Of a stretch of 60,692 bases of DNA, positions 21,898-30,832 are shown piece by piece. The position numbers and the translations under genes were made by a program. The stretch covers positions 1 through 60,692 of the forward strand of contig CAZKNH010000008.1 of assembly GCA_964553875.1 (NCBI GenBank). The letters are read 5' to 3'. The stretch's first letter is position 1. The number at the start of each line of letters is the position of its first letter. This DNA comes from an uncultured Gammaproteobacteria bacterium (GTDB lineage Bacteria > Pseudomonadota > Gammaproteobacteria > Steroidobacterales > Rariloculaceae). The notes under the pieces were generated by a model that was given only the letters and a program-made list of their open reading frames with translations, made no database searches and was not told where the DNA came from.

Positions 21898-22493
21898 TCG
21901 GCTTCCTCAAGGGCACGCTCGTGGCGAAGCGCCCCCCGTCGTTGACGATCGACGTCGGCGGCGTCGGCTACGAGGTCGACGCGCCGATGTCGACGTTCTA
22001 TAGGCTGCCCGAGATCGGCCAGCCGCTGACGCTCGTCACGCACCTCGCGATTCGCGAGGACGCGCACGTGCTTTACGGGTTCTTCACCGAAAGCGAGCGT
22101 GCGTTGTTCCGCAGTCTGTTGAAGGTCAGCAACGTCGGCCCGCGCATCGCGCTCGGCGTGCTCTCCGGCATGAGCGTCGAAGCGTTCTACCAGTGCGTGC
22201 GCGAGAAGAACGTCGCGAGCCTGACGAAGCTGCCGGGCGTCGGCCGCAAGACCGCCGAGCGGCTCGTGCTCGAGATGGCGGATCGCATTCCGGAGAAGCT
22301 CGACGGCGGCGGCGCCGTCGCCGCGGGGACGCCGACGCCCGCAAGCGAGGCGCACGATGCGCTGCTCGCGCTCGGCTACAAGCCGGCCGAGGCCGAGAGG
22401 ATGCTGAAGGGTCTCGACGCAGAGCGCCTCACGACGGAGGAGCTGATCCGTGAAGCTTTGAAGCGCGTGCACGTCAATGGGGGGCGGGCGTGA
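21894..22493 (+). CDS. ruvA: Holliday junction DNA helicase RuvA
   Basis: GTG 21894 overlaps the ruvC stop (GTGA). [10 protein letters not shown]...GVGYEV..., [16 protein letters not shown]. Confidence 0.92.
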   Translation: MIGFLKGTLVAKRPPSLTIDVGGVGYEVDAPMSTFYRLPEIGQPLTLVTHLAIREDAHVLYGFFTESERALFRSLLKVSNVGPRIALGVLSGMSVEAFYQCVREKNVASLTKLPGVGRKTAERLVLEMADRIPEKLDGGGAVAAGTPTPASEAHDALLALGYKPAEAERMLKGLDAERLTTEELIREALKRVHVNGGRA

Positions 22494-23524
22494 CCGAGGA
22501 GGCGAGGATCGTGACCGCGGCCGCGTCGCGCGACGACGAGGCCTTCGATCGTGCCGTCCGGCCGCGCCGGCTCGCCGACTACGTCGGACAGGCGCGCGTG
22601 AAGGAGCAGATGTCGATCTTCATCACGGCCGCGCGCCGACGCGGCGAAGCGCTCGATCACACGCTCCTGTTCGGTCCGCCGGGCCTCGGCAAAACGACGC
22701 TTGCCCACATCATCGCGCACGAGCTCGGCGTCAACCTCAAGCAGACGTCGGGGCCGGTGCTCGAGCGGCCCGGCGATCTCGCGGCGCTCCTGACGAACCT
22801 CGAGCCGCACGACGTGCTGTTCGTCGACGAGATTCACCGGTTGAGCCCGGTCGTCGAGGAGGTGCTCTATCCCGCGCTCGAGGATTTCCAGCTCGACATC
22901 ATGATCGGTGAAGGCCCGGCGGCGCGCTCGATCAAGATCGACCTGCCGCCGTTCACGCTGGTCGGCGCGACGACGCGGGCGGGCCTGCTGACATCGCCGC
23001 TGCGCGACAGGTTCGGCATCACGCAGCACCTCGATTTTTACGGTATCGACGAGCTTGCGCAGATCGCGACGCGGACGGCCGGGATCCTCGCCCTGCCGAT
23101 CGACGAAGGCGGCGCGCGCGAGATCGCGGCGCGTTCGCGAGGCACGGCCCGCATCACGAACAGGCTCGTGCGGCGGGTACGCGACTACGCGCAGGTCAAG
23201 GCCGACGGCAAGGTCGATGCGGCCGTCGCGAAGGCCGCGATGGACATGCTCGAGGTCGATCCGCACGGGCTCGACGCGATGGACAGGAAGCTGCTCCTGA
23301 CGATCATCGAGCGCTTCGACGGCGGGCCGGTCGGCATCGAGAGTCTCGCCGTTGCGGTCGGCGAGGAGCGGGGCACGATCGAGGATGTCGTCGAGCCGTA
23401 TCTGATTCAGGCAGGCTTCCTGCAGCGCACCGCGCGGGGGCGGATCGCGACGAAAGCCGCCTATCGCCATTTCGGCTTGCGTCCCCTGGAGTCGGGGCCG
23501 CAGACCGGCGGTCTCTTCGAATGA
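22490..23524 (+). CDS. ruvB: Holliday junction DNA helicase RuvB
   Basis: [12 protein letters not shown], Walker [12 protein letters not shown], Walker [10 protein letters not shown]. The start overlaps the ruvA stop. Confidence 0.95.
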   Translation: MTEEARIVTAAASRDDEAFDRAVRPRRLADYVGQARVKEQMSIFITAARRRGEALDHTLLFGPPGLGKTTLAHIIAHELGVNLKQTSGPVLERPGDLAALLTNLEPHDVLFVDEIHRLSPVVEEVLYPALEDFQLDIMIGEGPAARSIKIDLPPFTLVGATTRAGLLTSPLRDRFGITQHLDFYGIDELAQIATRTAGILALPIDEGGAREIAARSRGTARITNRLVRRVRDYAQVKADGKVDAAVAKAAMDMLEVDPHGLDAMDRKLLLTIIERFDGGPVGIESLAVAVGEERGTIEDVVEPYLIQAGFLQRTARGRIATKAAYRHFGLRPLESGPQTGGLFE

Positions 23525-23566
23525 ACTGTTTCGGGCCTCGACTCTCTTAAGGGCTGGCAGCGTCGC

Positions 23567-23974
23567 ATGGGGGATCTGATTTGGCCGGTCAGGGTCTACC
23601 TCGAAGACACGGACGCGCAGGGCGTCGTGTACAACGCGAGCTACTTCCGCTTCATGGAGCGCGCGCGGACGGAGTGGCTGCGGGCGCGCGGTGCGGAGCA
23701 CGAAGGGCTCAGGGCCCGTTACGGGATCTTCCTCGTGCTCGCCGCGGTCGAAGCGAAATTCCATGCACCGGCGCGGCTCGGCGACATGTTGCACGTGAGC
23801 GCCTCCGTGTCGAAGCTGCGCGGCGCGCGGGTCGTGTTCGCACACGAGATCAGGCGTCACGTGGAGGACGGGGAACTGGTTTGCAGCGCGACGGCCGAAG
23901 TCGCGTGCATGGATGCCGAGCGCGGTGGACCGCGACGGCTGCCGGCCGAGCTGCTGAGTGAGTGGGAGCGATGA
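23567..23974 (+). CDS. ybgC: Tol-Pal-associated acyl-CoA thioesterase YbgC
   Basis: VRVYLEDTDAQGVVYNASYFRFMERAR (hotdog 4HBT motif). Positioned before tolQ. Confidence 0.9.
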   Translation: MGDLIWPVRVYLEDTDAQGVVYNASYFRFMERARTEWLRARGAEHEGLRARYGIFLVLAAVEAKFHAPARLGDMLHVSASVSKLRGARVVFAHEIRRHVEDGELVCSATAEVACMDAERGGPRRLPAELLSEWER

Positions 23975-24672
23975 GCAACGAGCTGAACGTATTGCAGCTG
24001 ATCTTGGAGGCGTCGCCCGTCGTTCAGGCGGTCATGCTCCTCCTCGGGATTCTTTCCATCGCGTCGTGGATGGTCATCATCGAGAAGAGCCGGGCGCTGA
24101 AGCAGGCGATCAGCGGTGCCGACGAGTTCGAGGAGAGCTTCTGGTCGGGCGGGGATCTGTCCGCGCTCTACCGAGAGATCTCCGCCGAGGAATCGCCGCA
24201 AGGCATGGCGGGGATCTTCGAGTCGGGATTCCGCGAGTTCGGCCGCCTGCGGCAGGAAGGCGGGCTCTCACCCGATCAGATCGTCGAGGGCGCGCGACGC
24301 TCGATGCACGTTTCGCAGCTGCGGGAGATGGACCGGCTCGAGAGCAACCTGTCGTTCCTCGCGACGGTCAGCAACACGAGCCCGTACATCGGTCTGTTCG
24401 GCACGGTCTGGGGCATCATGAGCGCGTTCTATTCGCTCGGTAATCTGCAGAGCGCGACGATTGCCGTCGTCGCGCCGCACATCTCGGAGGCCCTGATCGC
24501 GACGGCGATGGGACTCGTCGCGGCGATTCCCGCCGGTATCGCGTACAACCGCTACGCCGACAAGGTCGGACGTCTCGAGGTGCGCTACGGCACGTTCATG
24601 GAAGAGCTTTCCGCGATCTTCCAGCGCAACGCCGCGCGCAAGGATACGGCGCATCACGGAGCTGCGGCATGA
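23971..24672 (+). CDS. tolQ: Tol-Pal system protein TolQ
   Basis: ATG 23971 overlaps the ybgC stop (ATGA). MSNELNVLQLILEASPVVQAVMLLL..., MotA/TolQ/ExbB C-terminal TM pair. Confidence 0.93.
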   Translation: MSNELNVLQLILEASPVVQAVMLLLGILSIASWMVIIEKSRALKQAISGADEFEESFWSGGDLSALYREISAEESPQGMAGIFESGFREFGRLRQEGGLSPDQIVEGARRSMHVSQLREMDRLESNLSFLATVSNTSPYIGLFGTVWGIMSAFYSLGNLQSATIAVVAPHISEALIATAMGLVAAIPAGIAYNRYADKVGRLEVRYGTFMEELSAIFQRNAARKDTAHHGAAA

Positions 24673-25115
24673 TCCCGGCGCGCCACGGGAAGCGGCGTCT
24701 CATGAGCGAGATCAACGTCGTTCCTTATATCGACGTGATGCTCGTGCTCCTGATCATCTTCATGATCACGGCACCCCTTCTGACTCAAGGGATCACCGTC
24801 GATCTGCCGGAGGCAGGCGCCGAGCCTTTGGATCCCGAGCTGATGCGCGACAACGAGCCGATCGTGCTGAGCGTCGATCGGGAAGGCCGTTTTTACCTCA
24901 ACATCGGCGAGGACGTCGATGCGCCGATCGACGAGCAGACCGTCGTCGAGCGCACCGCGGCGGCGATCCGCCGCAACGCCGAGACGCCGGTGCTCGTGAA
25001 GGGCGATCGAGGCGTCGAGTACGGCCGGGTCGTGACCGGAATGGTGCTGCTGCAGCGCGCCGGGGCGAAGAAGGTCGGATTCATCACCGACCCGCTGGAT
25101 CCCGATTCGCTATAG
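24669..25115 (+). CDS. tolR: Tol-Pal system protein TolR
   Basis: SEINVVPYIDVMLVLLIIFMITAP (ExbD/TolR TM with conserved Asp). Confidence 0.92.
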   Translation: MIPARHGKRRLMSEINVVPYIDVMLVLLIIFMITAPLLTQGITVDLPEAGAEPLDPELMRDNEPIVLSVDREGRFYLNIGEDVDAPIDEQTVVERTAAAIRRNAETPVLVKGDRGVEYGRVVTGMVLLQRAGAKKVGFITDPLDPDSL

Positions 25116-25131
25116 GGTTGCCGAAGAAGCC

Positions 25132-26028
25132 GTGTCGCTGCTGCGCGAACATGCCTATGGGTTGTTCTGGTCCGTCGCGCTGCACGCGGCGGCCATCGCG
25201 GCGCTCGCGCTCGGCACGAATTTCGTGAGGCGCCCGCCGCAGCCCGAGGTGCTCGCGATCGAGGCGATGGTCGTCGACGAGACGATGCTCGCGCGGATCG
25301 ACCAGCAGCGCGAGGAGGCCGAGCGGCGCGCGAGAGAAGAGGAGCAGCGTCGGATCGCCGAGCAGGCCGAGCGGGAGCGGCAGGCGGAGGAAGCCCGCAG
25401 GGCCGAGGAGGCTCGACGCGCGGAGGAAGCACGACGAGCGGAGGAGGCACGGCTGCAAGCCGAGCACGAAGCCGCGGAGCGGGAGCGGCTCGCGCGCGAG
25501 GCACGCGAAAGAGAAGAGGCCGAGCGCAGGCGTCAGGAAGAGCTTCGCAGACAGGAGGAGCAACGGCAGGCGGAGCTGCGCCGGCAGGAAGAGGAGCGCC
25601 GGGCGCGTGAGGAGGCGGAGCGCCGGGCACGCGAGGAAGCGGAACGCCGCGCGCGCGAGGAGGCTGAGCGGCGCCGTCAGGAGGAAGAGCTGCAGCGGCA
25701 ACTCGACGCGGAGCTGCAACGGGAAGCCGAAAGACTCGCCGCGATGCGCTCCGGTGCGCTCGACGAGTACCGGACGCTGCTGAGAAACAGGATCGAGCAG
25801 AACTGGATTCGGCCGCCGAGCGCTCGACCGGGCATCAAGTGCACCGTGCACGTCGTGCAGATCCCGAGCGGCGAAGTCATCAGCGCGCGCGTCACGGCCT
25901 GCAACGGCGACGCGGCGGTCGTGCAGTCGATCGAAGCGGCGGTCTTGCGCGCATCGCCGCTGCCGCTGCCGTCAGATCGTTCGCTGTTCGAGCGCAACCT
26001 GATCATCGATTTCGAGCCTAGGGATTGA
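25132..26028 (+). CDS. tolA: Tol-Pal system protein TolA
   Basis: GTG start, one N-terminal TM, long E/R/A-rich helical domain II with short tandem repeats, C-terminal domain III (IRPPSARPGIKCTVHVVQIPSGEV...). Confidence 0.88.
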   Translation: MSLLREHAYGLFWSVALHAAAIAALALGTNFVRRPPQPEVLAIEAMVVDETMLARIDQQREEAERRAREEEQRRIAEQAERERQAEEARRAEEARRAEEARRAEEARLQAEHEAAERERLAREAREREEAERRRQEELRRQEEQRQAELRRQEEERRAREEAERRAREEAERRAREEAERRRQEEELQRQLDAELQREAERLAAMRSGALDEYRTLLRNRIEQNWIRPPSARPGIKCTVHVVQIPSGEVISARVTACNGDAAVVQSIEAAVLRASPLPLPSDRSLFERNLIIDFEPRD

Positions 26029-26111
26029 CGCCGTGCATGCACGGAGGCAGCACGCCACCGTTGCGTGCGACGTAAAGCTTGGAACACGACGAGAACCAGA
26101 AGAGGAGCTTG

Positions 26112-27470
26112 ATGGCCAGAGGATATGACAACGGGCCGACGCGCTGGACGGCCCTGCTCCGAGCCGGTGTCGCGGTCTTCCTCGCGATCGCGGCGGGAGG
26201 CGCGAACGCGCAGCTCAACATCACGGTGACGCAGGGCATCGACCGTCCCGTGCCGATCGCGATCGTCCCGTTCGGCTGGCAGGGACCAGGTCAATCGCCG
26301 TACGACGTCGCGGCGGTCATCAGCGCGGACCTCGGCAACAGCGGACGGTTCGATCCGATGCCCGTATCCGACATGATCTCGCGCCCGACGAATCCCGCGC
26401 AGGTCAATTTCCAGGACTGGCGCGTCAGCGACGTCGACTATCTGCTGATCGGGCAGATGAGCGAGACCTCGTCGAACAACTACGCCCTGCAGTTTCAGCT
26501 CTTCAACGTGAGATCGGGCCAACAGCTTCTCGGGTTCAGGCTGACGTCGCCGCGGGATAATCTGCGCGCGGCGGCGCACCGGATCGCCGACATGGTCTTC
26601 GAGGAGCTGACCGGCATCCCCGGCGTGTTCGGCACGCAGATCGCGTATATCAGCGAGCAGCGCAACGGCGACCGGCGAATCTATCAGCTCATCGTCGCGG
26701 ATGCCGACGGCGAGAACCGCGTCGTCGTCGCGGAGTCCACGCAGCCGCTGATGTCGCCCGCGTGGTCGCCCGACGGCCGCAGGCTCGCGTACGTTTCGTT
26801 CGAAGGCAATCAGTCGGCGATCTACGTGCAGACGTTGCGCACCGGAACGCGAGAGCGCGTGTCGATGCGCGCGGGTCACAACGGTGCACCGGTCTTCTCG
26901 CCCGACGGTCGCCGGCTCGCGCTGACGCTGTCCCTCGTCGAGGGCAACTTCGATATCTACACGCTCGACCTCGGAACGCAGGTGCTGCGCCGGCTGACCG
27001 ACCATCCGGCGATCGATTCCGAGCCCGCGTGGTCTCCGGACGGCGAGACGATCTACTTCATGTCCGATCGCAGCGGGTCGCCGCAGATCTATCGCATCCC
27101 GTCGAATGCGGACACCCGTGCCGCACCGCAGCGCGTGACGTTTTACGGGAACTACAACGCCCGCCCGCGTGTCTCTCCGGACGGCCGGTTTCTCGCGGTC
27201 GTGCATCGCAGCGACGACACGCAGGGAAATTTCCGGATCGCGACGTTCGACCTCGCGAACAACCAGTTCTTCGGCGTGCTGAGTCGCCGCGGACAGCTCG
27301 ACGAGTCGCCGAGCTACGCGCCGAACGGTGCGCTCCTGATCTTCGCGACGCGCGAACGGGGACGGGGCGTGCTCGGGACGGTCACGAGCGACGGGAACAT
27401 CGAGCAGCGCATCGAATCGGGAGTCGGCGACGTGCGTGAGCCGGTGTGGGGGCCTTTCCCGCGGCCTTGA
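26112..27470 (+). CDS. tolB: Tol-Pal system beta-propeller protein TolB
   Basis: ORF 26079 trimmed to ATG 26112 (GAGGAG SD). Signal ...GGANAQ. Repeated SP.WSPDG..LA(Y/F)VS blades. Confidence 0.93.
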   Translation: MARGYDNGPTRWTALLRAGVAVFLAIAAGGANAQLNITVTQGIDRPVPIAIVPFGWQGPGQSPYDVAAVISADLGNSGRFDPMPVSDMISRPTNPAQVNFQDWRVSDVDYLLIGQMSETSSNNYALQFQLFNVRSGQQLLGFRLTSPRDNLRAAAHRIADMVFEELTGIPGVFGTQIAYISEQRNGDRRIYQLIVADADGENRVVVAESTQPLMSPAWSPDGRRLAYVSFEGNQSAIYVQTLRTGTRERVSMRAGHNGAPVFSPDGRRLALTLSLVEGNFDIYTLDLGTQVLRRLTDHPAIDSEPAWSPDGETIYFMSDRSGSPQIYRIPSNADTRAAPQRVTFYGNYNARPRVSPDGRFLAVVHRSDDTQGNFRIATFDLANNQFFGVLSRRGQLDESPSYAPNGALLIFATRERGRGVLGTVTSDGNIEQRIESGVGDVREPVWGPFPRP

Positions 27471-27536
27471 CGCAGGAATGGCATTAACAACAATACGCAG
27501 ATTCTTGTAAACACTCCATCCTTGAGGATCGGGAAC

Positions 27537-28064
27537 ATGTTTCGAACCAGCGCGCTGCTCACTTGCATCCTCGCATTGGCGTTGACCGGTTGTAACCGCG
27601 GCAACACGCTTCCCGATTTCGAGTCGGGTGCCGCGTCCGGGCAGGATCCGAGCGGCGCCTCCACGAGCCCGTTCGGCGACCGCGGCGGTTTCGACGTTCT
27701 CGAGGACGGCGTCGGCGCACCGGCGAATCTGCTCGACCAGCTGATCGTCTACTTCGAGTTCGACCGCAGCGACGTTCCCCCGCAGTACAACGACATGCTC
27801 GCGGCGCACGCGCGCTATCTCGCGTCGAATCCGAATGCCCGAGTCAGGCTCGAAGGGCACGCCGACGAGCGCGGCTCGCGCGAGTACAATATCGGTCTCG
27901 GGGAGCGGCGAGCGCAGGCGGTTCGTCGCATCCTGATGCTGCAAGGCGCTTCCGCGGAGCAGGTGAGCACGGTGAGTTACGGCGAGGAGCGGCCGGCCGC
28001 GCTCGGCAGCAACGAGGAAGCTTACAGCCTGAATCGCCGGGTCGAGATCGTCTACAGGCAGTAG
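27537..28064 (+). CDS. pal: Peptidoglycan-associated lipoprotein Pal
   Basis: ATG 27537. Lipobox LALTGC. OmpA-like C-domain: VYFEFDRSDV..., LEGHADERGSREYNIGLGERRA, NRRVEIVY. Confidence 0.93.
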   Translation: MFRTSALLTCILALALTGCNRGNTLPDFESGAASGQDPSGASTSPFGDRGGFDVLEDGVGAPANLLDQLIVYFEFDRSDVPPQYNDMLAAHARYLASNPNARVRLEGHADERGSREYNIGLGERRAQAVRRILMLQGASAEQVSTVSYGEERPAALGSNEEAYSLNRRVEIVYRQ

Positions 28065-28101
28065 GCATCTCGGGAACGGCGCGAACCTCGAGGAACCGGC
28101 C

Positions 28102-28911
28102 GTGAGAAGCTCGTACCTAGTCCGACCCATCGGTATCGTCGCTTTCGGCGTGCTCGCAGGCTGCAGCACGATCACACCGACGGATGATCCGGTATACCTG
28201 CGCTTGCAGGACCTCGAGGCGCGGCTGATTCGCATCGAGCGCGTCGTCAACAACGAGAGCCTGATCCAGATCGCGAATCAGCTCGAGCAGCTACGCGCGG
28301 ACACGCAGGCGCTGCGCGGCGAGGTCGAGACGCTCCGCTTCGAGACGGAGAGCGGAGCGGAGCGGCAGCGCCAGCTGTACCTCGACATCGACCAGCGGCT
28401 GCAGGCGCTCGAGTCGCAGTCGCGAGGCGGAGTCGACGGCGGGCGGCAGGGCTTCGGCGCGAACGCGGCGCCCGGCTCGGGCGGCTTCGGCAATGCCGGA
28501 GGCGGCGCCGGCGGATCGGTCGCGGGGACGGACACCGAGGCCTATCAGCGCGCGTTCGAGCTGCTGCAGGCGCGGCGCTACGGGGACGCGGCGCAAGCGT
28601 TCACGCGCTTCCTGCAGGCCTTCCCGGACAGCGAGCTCGCGGACAACGCGCAGTACTGGCTCGCGGAGACGTACTACGTGCAGCGCGAGTTCGCGGCCGC
28701 GCTGCCCGAGTTCCAGAAGGTCCTCGACCTCTATCCGCAGTCCGACAAGCTCGCCGACTCGCTGCTCAAGGTCGGCTATTGCAACTACGAGCTCAAGCGT
28801 TGGGACGCGGCGCGGACCGCGCTGCAGCAGGTCATGCGTGACTATCCCGGCACGACGGCCGCACAGCTCGCGGTGAGCCGCCTCGAGGCGCTCGAGCGGG
28901 AGGCAGGTTGA
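28102..28911 (+). CDS. cpoB: Cell-division coordinator CpoB (YbgF)
   Basis: N-terminal coiled coil (LEQLRADTQALRGEVETLRFE) plus C-terminal TPR block (YQRAFELLQARRYGDAAQAF..., AQYWLAETYY...). Positioned after pal. Confidence 0.88.
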   Translation: MRSSYLVRPIGIVAFGVLAGCSTITPTDDPVYLRLQDLEARLIRIERVVNNESLIQIANQLEQLRADTQALRGEVETLRFETESGAERQRQLYLDIDQRLQALESQSRGGVDGGRQGFGANAAPGSGGFGNAGGGAGGSVAGTDTEAYQRAFELLQARRYGDAAQAFTRFLQAFPDSELADNAQYWLAETYYVQREFAAALPEFQKVLDLYPQSDKLADSLLKVGYCNYELKRWDAARTALQQVMRDYPGTTAAQLAVSRLEALEREAG

Positions 28912-29597
28912 GTGCGGTGGCCGCATCGGCGAGCCGGCGTCCCGTCGGCGACGAAGCGGCCGCTCTGCGTCTGAAGATCACCGAGATCTTCCATTCGATC
29001 CAGGGCGAGGCCCTGCACGCCGGTTGGCCGACGGTGTTCGTGCGGCTCACCGGCTGTCCTCTTCGATGCCGTTACTGCGACACGGCCTACGCGTTCGGCG
29101 GCGGCGAGTGGCGCACGTGCGGCGAGATTCTCGAGGCCGTCGCGAGCTTCGAGGCGCGCCACGTCTGCGTCACGGGCGGCGAGCCGCTCGCGCAGACGCG
29201 TTCTCTTGCGCTGCTCGAGATGCTGTGCGATGCCGGGTACGAAGTCTGCCTCGAGACCGGGGGAGCGCACGACATCGGTCAGGTCGACCCGCGCGTCAGC
29301 CGCATCGTCGACGTGAAGACCCCGGGCTCCGGAGAATGCGCGCGCAATCGGCTCGAGAATCTCGCGCTGCTTACACCTCGCGACGCGCTGAAGCTCGTCA
29401 TCACGAGCCGCGACGACTACGAGTGGGCGAGGGCATTCGTGCGAAGCCACGATGTGCCGTGTCCGATCTTCTTCTCACCGAGCTACGGTGACGTGCCGCC
29501 GGCGAGTCTCGCGGAATGGATTCTTGCCGATCGGTTGCCGGTGCGGCTGCAGCTTCAGCTGCACAAGATCCTGTGGGGCGATACGCCCGGGCGGTGA
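28908..29597 (+). CDS. queE: 7-carboxy-7-deazaguanine synthase QueE (radical SAM)
   Basis: [38 protein letters not shown] (CxxxCxxC). The TTG start is uncertain and overlaps the cpoB stop. Confidence 0.88.
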   Translation: MSAVAASASRRPVGDEAAALRLKITEIFHSIQGEALHAGWPTVFVRLTGCPLRCRYCDTAYAFGGGEWRTCGEILEAVASFEARHVCVTGGEPLAQTRSLALLEMLCDAGYEVCLETGGAHDIGQVDPRVSRIVDVKTPGSGECARNRLENLALLTPRDALKLVITSRDDYEWARAFVRSHDVPCPIFFSPSYGDVPPASLAEWILADRLPVRLQLQLHKILWGDTPGR

Positions 29598-29652
29598 GCA
29601 TGCGAGCACGGGGCAAGCACCGACCGTGCCGGGGCGCTTCGGAGAGCCGGCC

Positions 29653-30330
29653 GTGACGCGTCGCGCCGTCGTGCTCTTGTCCGGCGGGCTCGACTCCGCG
29701 ACGACGCTTGCGATCGCGCGGAGCGAGGGCTTCGAGTGTCACGCGCTCAGCTTCGACTACGGGCAGCGTCATCGCGCGGAGCTTCGTGCCGCCGCGCGTG
29801 TCGCCGCGCACCTCGGTGCCGTGTCTCATCGGAAGTTCCCGTTGCCGATCGGCGCTTTCGGCGGATCGGCCTTGACGGACACCGCGATCGACGTGCCCGA
29901 AGCCGGCGGTGCGGGGATACCCGCGACGTACGTTCCCGCGCGCAATACGATCCTGCTCGCCGTCGCGCTCGGTCTCGCCGAGGTCCTCGATGCGGAGGTG
30001 ATCTACATCGGCGTCAACTCGATCGACTACTCGGGGTATCCCGACTGCAGGCCCGAGTTCGTCGACGCGTTCCAGACGCTCGCGCGCGTCGCGACGAAGC
30101 AGGGCGTCGAGGGTCGGCCCGTGCGCATCGAAGCCCCGCTGATCCGGATGACGAAGGCGGAGATCATCCGCCGCGGTGTGGAGCTTGGCGTCGATTATGC
30201 GGTGACCGTCTCCTGCTATCGGGCGGACGACGAGGGCCGTGCGTGCGGGCGCTGCGACGCGTGCGTGTTGCGGCGCGACGGGTTTCGCGCGGCCGGCATT
30301 GACGATCCGACGCGGTACTTTGGAGAATGA
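29653..30330 (+). CDS. queC: 7-cyano-7-deazaguanine synthase QueC
   Basis: ORF 29452 trimmed to GTG 29653 ([17 protein letters not shown]-loop). C-terminal Zn motif SCYR...CGRCDAC. Confidence 0.9.
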   Translation: MTRRAVVLLSGGLDSATTLAIARSEGFECHALSFDYGQRHRAELRAAARVAAHLGAVSHRKFPLPIGAFGGSALTDTAIDVPEAGGAGIPATYVPARNTILLAVALGLAEVLDAEVIYIGVNSIDYSGYPDCRPEFVDAFQTLARVATKQGVEGRPVRIEAPLIRMTKAEIIRRGVELGVDYAVTVSCYRADDEGRACGRCDACVLRRDGFRAAGIDDPTRYFGE

Positions 30331-30354
30331 TTCGGCGCGGCGGCGGGCCGTGCT

Positions 30355-30382
30355 TTGTGGCCGGCCGCCGATCCAGTATGAT
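30355..30382 (+). promoter_or_regulatory. Putative sigma70 promoter of tRNA-Lys
   Basis: TTGTGG (30355-30360), 16-nt spacer, TATGAT (30377-30382), about 50 nt upstream of the mature tRNA 5' end. Confidence 0.4.
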
Positions 30383-30433
30383 TCCGCCCCCTGCGTGCCT
30401 CGATGAGGCTCTCGCAGCCGGCGGATACAGCAA

Positions 30434-30509
30434 GGGCCGTTAGCTCAGTTGGTAGAGCACCGGACTTTTAATCCGATGGTCGCAGGTTCGATCCCTGCAC
30501 GGCCCACCA
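30434..30509 (+). tRNA. tRNA-Lys (anticodon TTT)
   Basis: GGGCCGT/TA/GCTC-AGTTGGTA-GAGC/A/CCGGA-CTTTTAA-TCCGA/TGGTC/GCAGG-TTCGATC-CCTGC/ACGGCCC/A/CCA. Confidence 0.95.
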
Positions 30510-30832
30510 AGAAACGGTCCGTAGCGCAACAAGATACGGCGAACCGGTCTCGGCCGTCCAATCGCTTCCCGCTTCCTAAGCGGAGGCTCACTGCACTGCC
30601 TGCGAAAGTCGCACGTCCCGTCGCGGAGCCAGACCGGTCCAGAGCGCCTGCCGTGCACCGCGGTGAGCGGGACGGCGACAAAGCTGCGCGCCGCGTCCGA
30701 AAAATGGGACGAAGGTCGTATTGGTCGAGCTAGCGGCGCAAGCGCCTAATTGCCCCAAGGTTGCTCGGCTCGGTCCGCCGCCATTGCGCGGGCAACCGGT
30801 GAGCTGCTGTGTAGGACCACCGGAGGGGCTCA

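Noticed and set aside
23971-25115. MotA/ExbB-like plus ExbD-like pair as a Zorya-type defence motor.
   Set aside because: The pair is embedded in the canonical ybgC-tolQRAB-pal-cpoB operon with full Tol-Pal synteny.
25677-28253. 858-aa ORF antisense to tolA-tolB-pal.
   Set aside because: It spans three well-supported genes on the other strand and has an Arg-rich junk composition.
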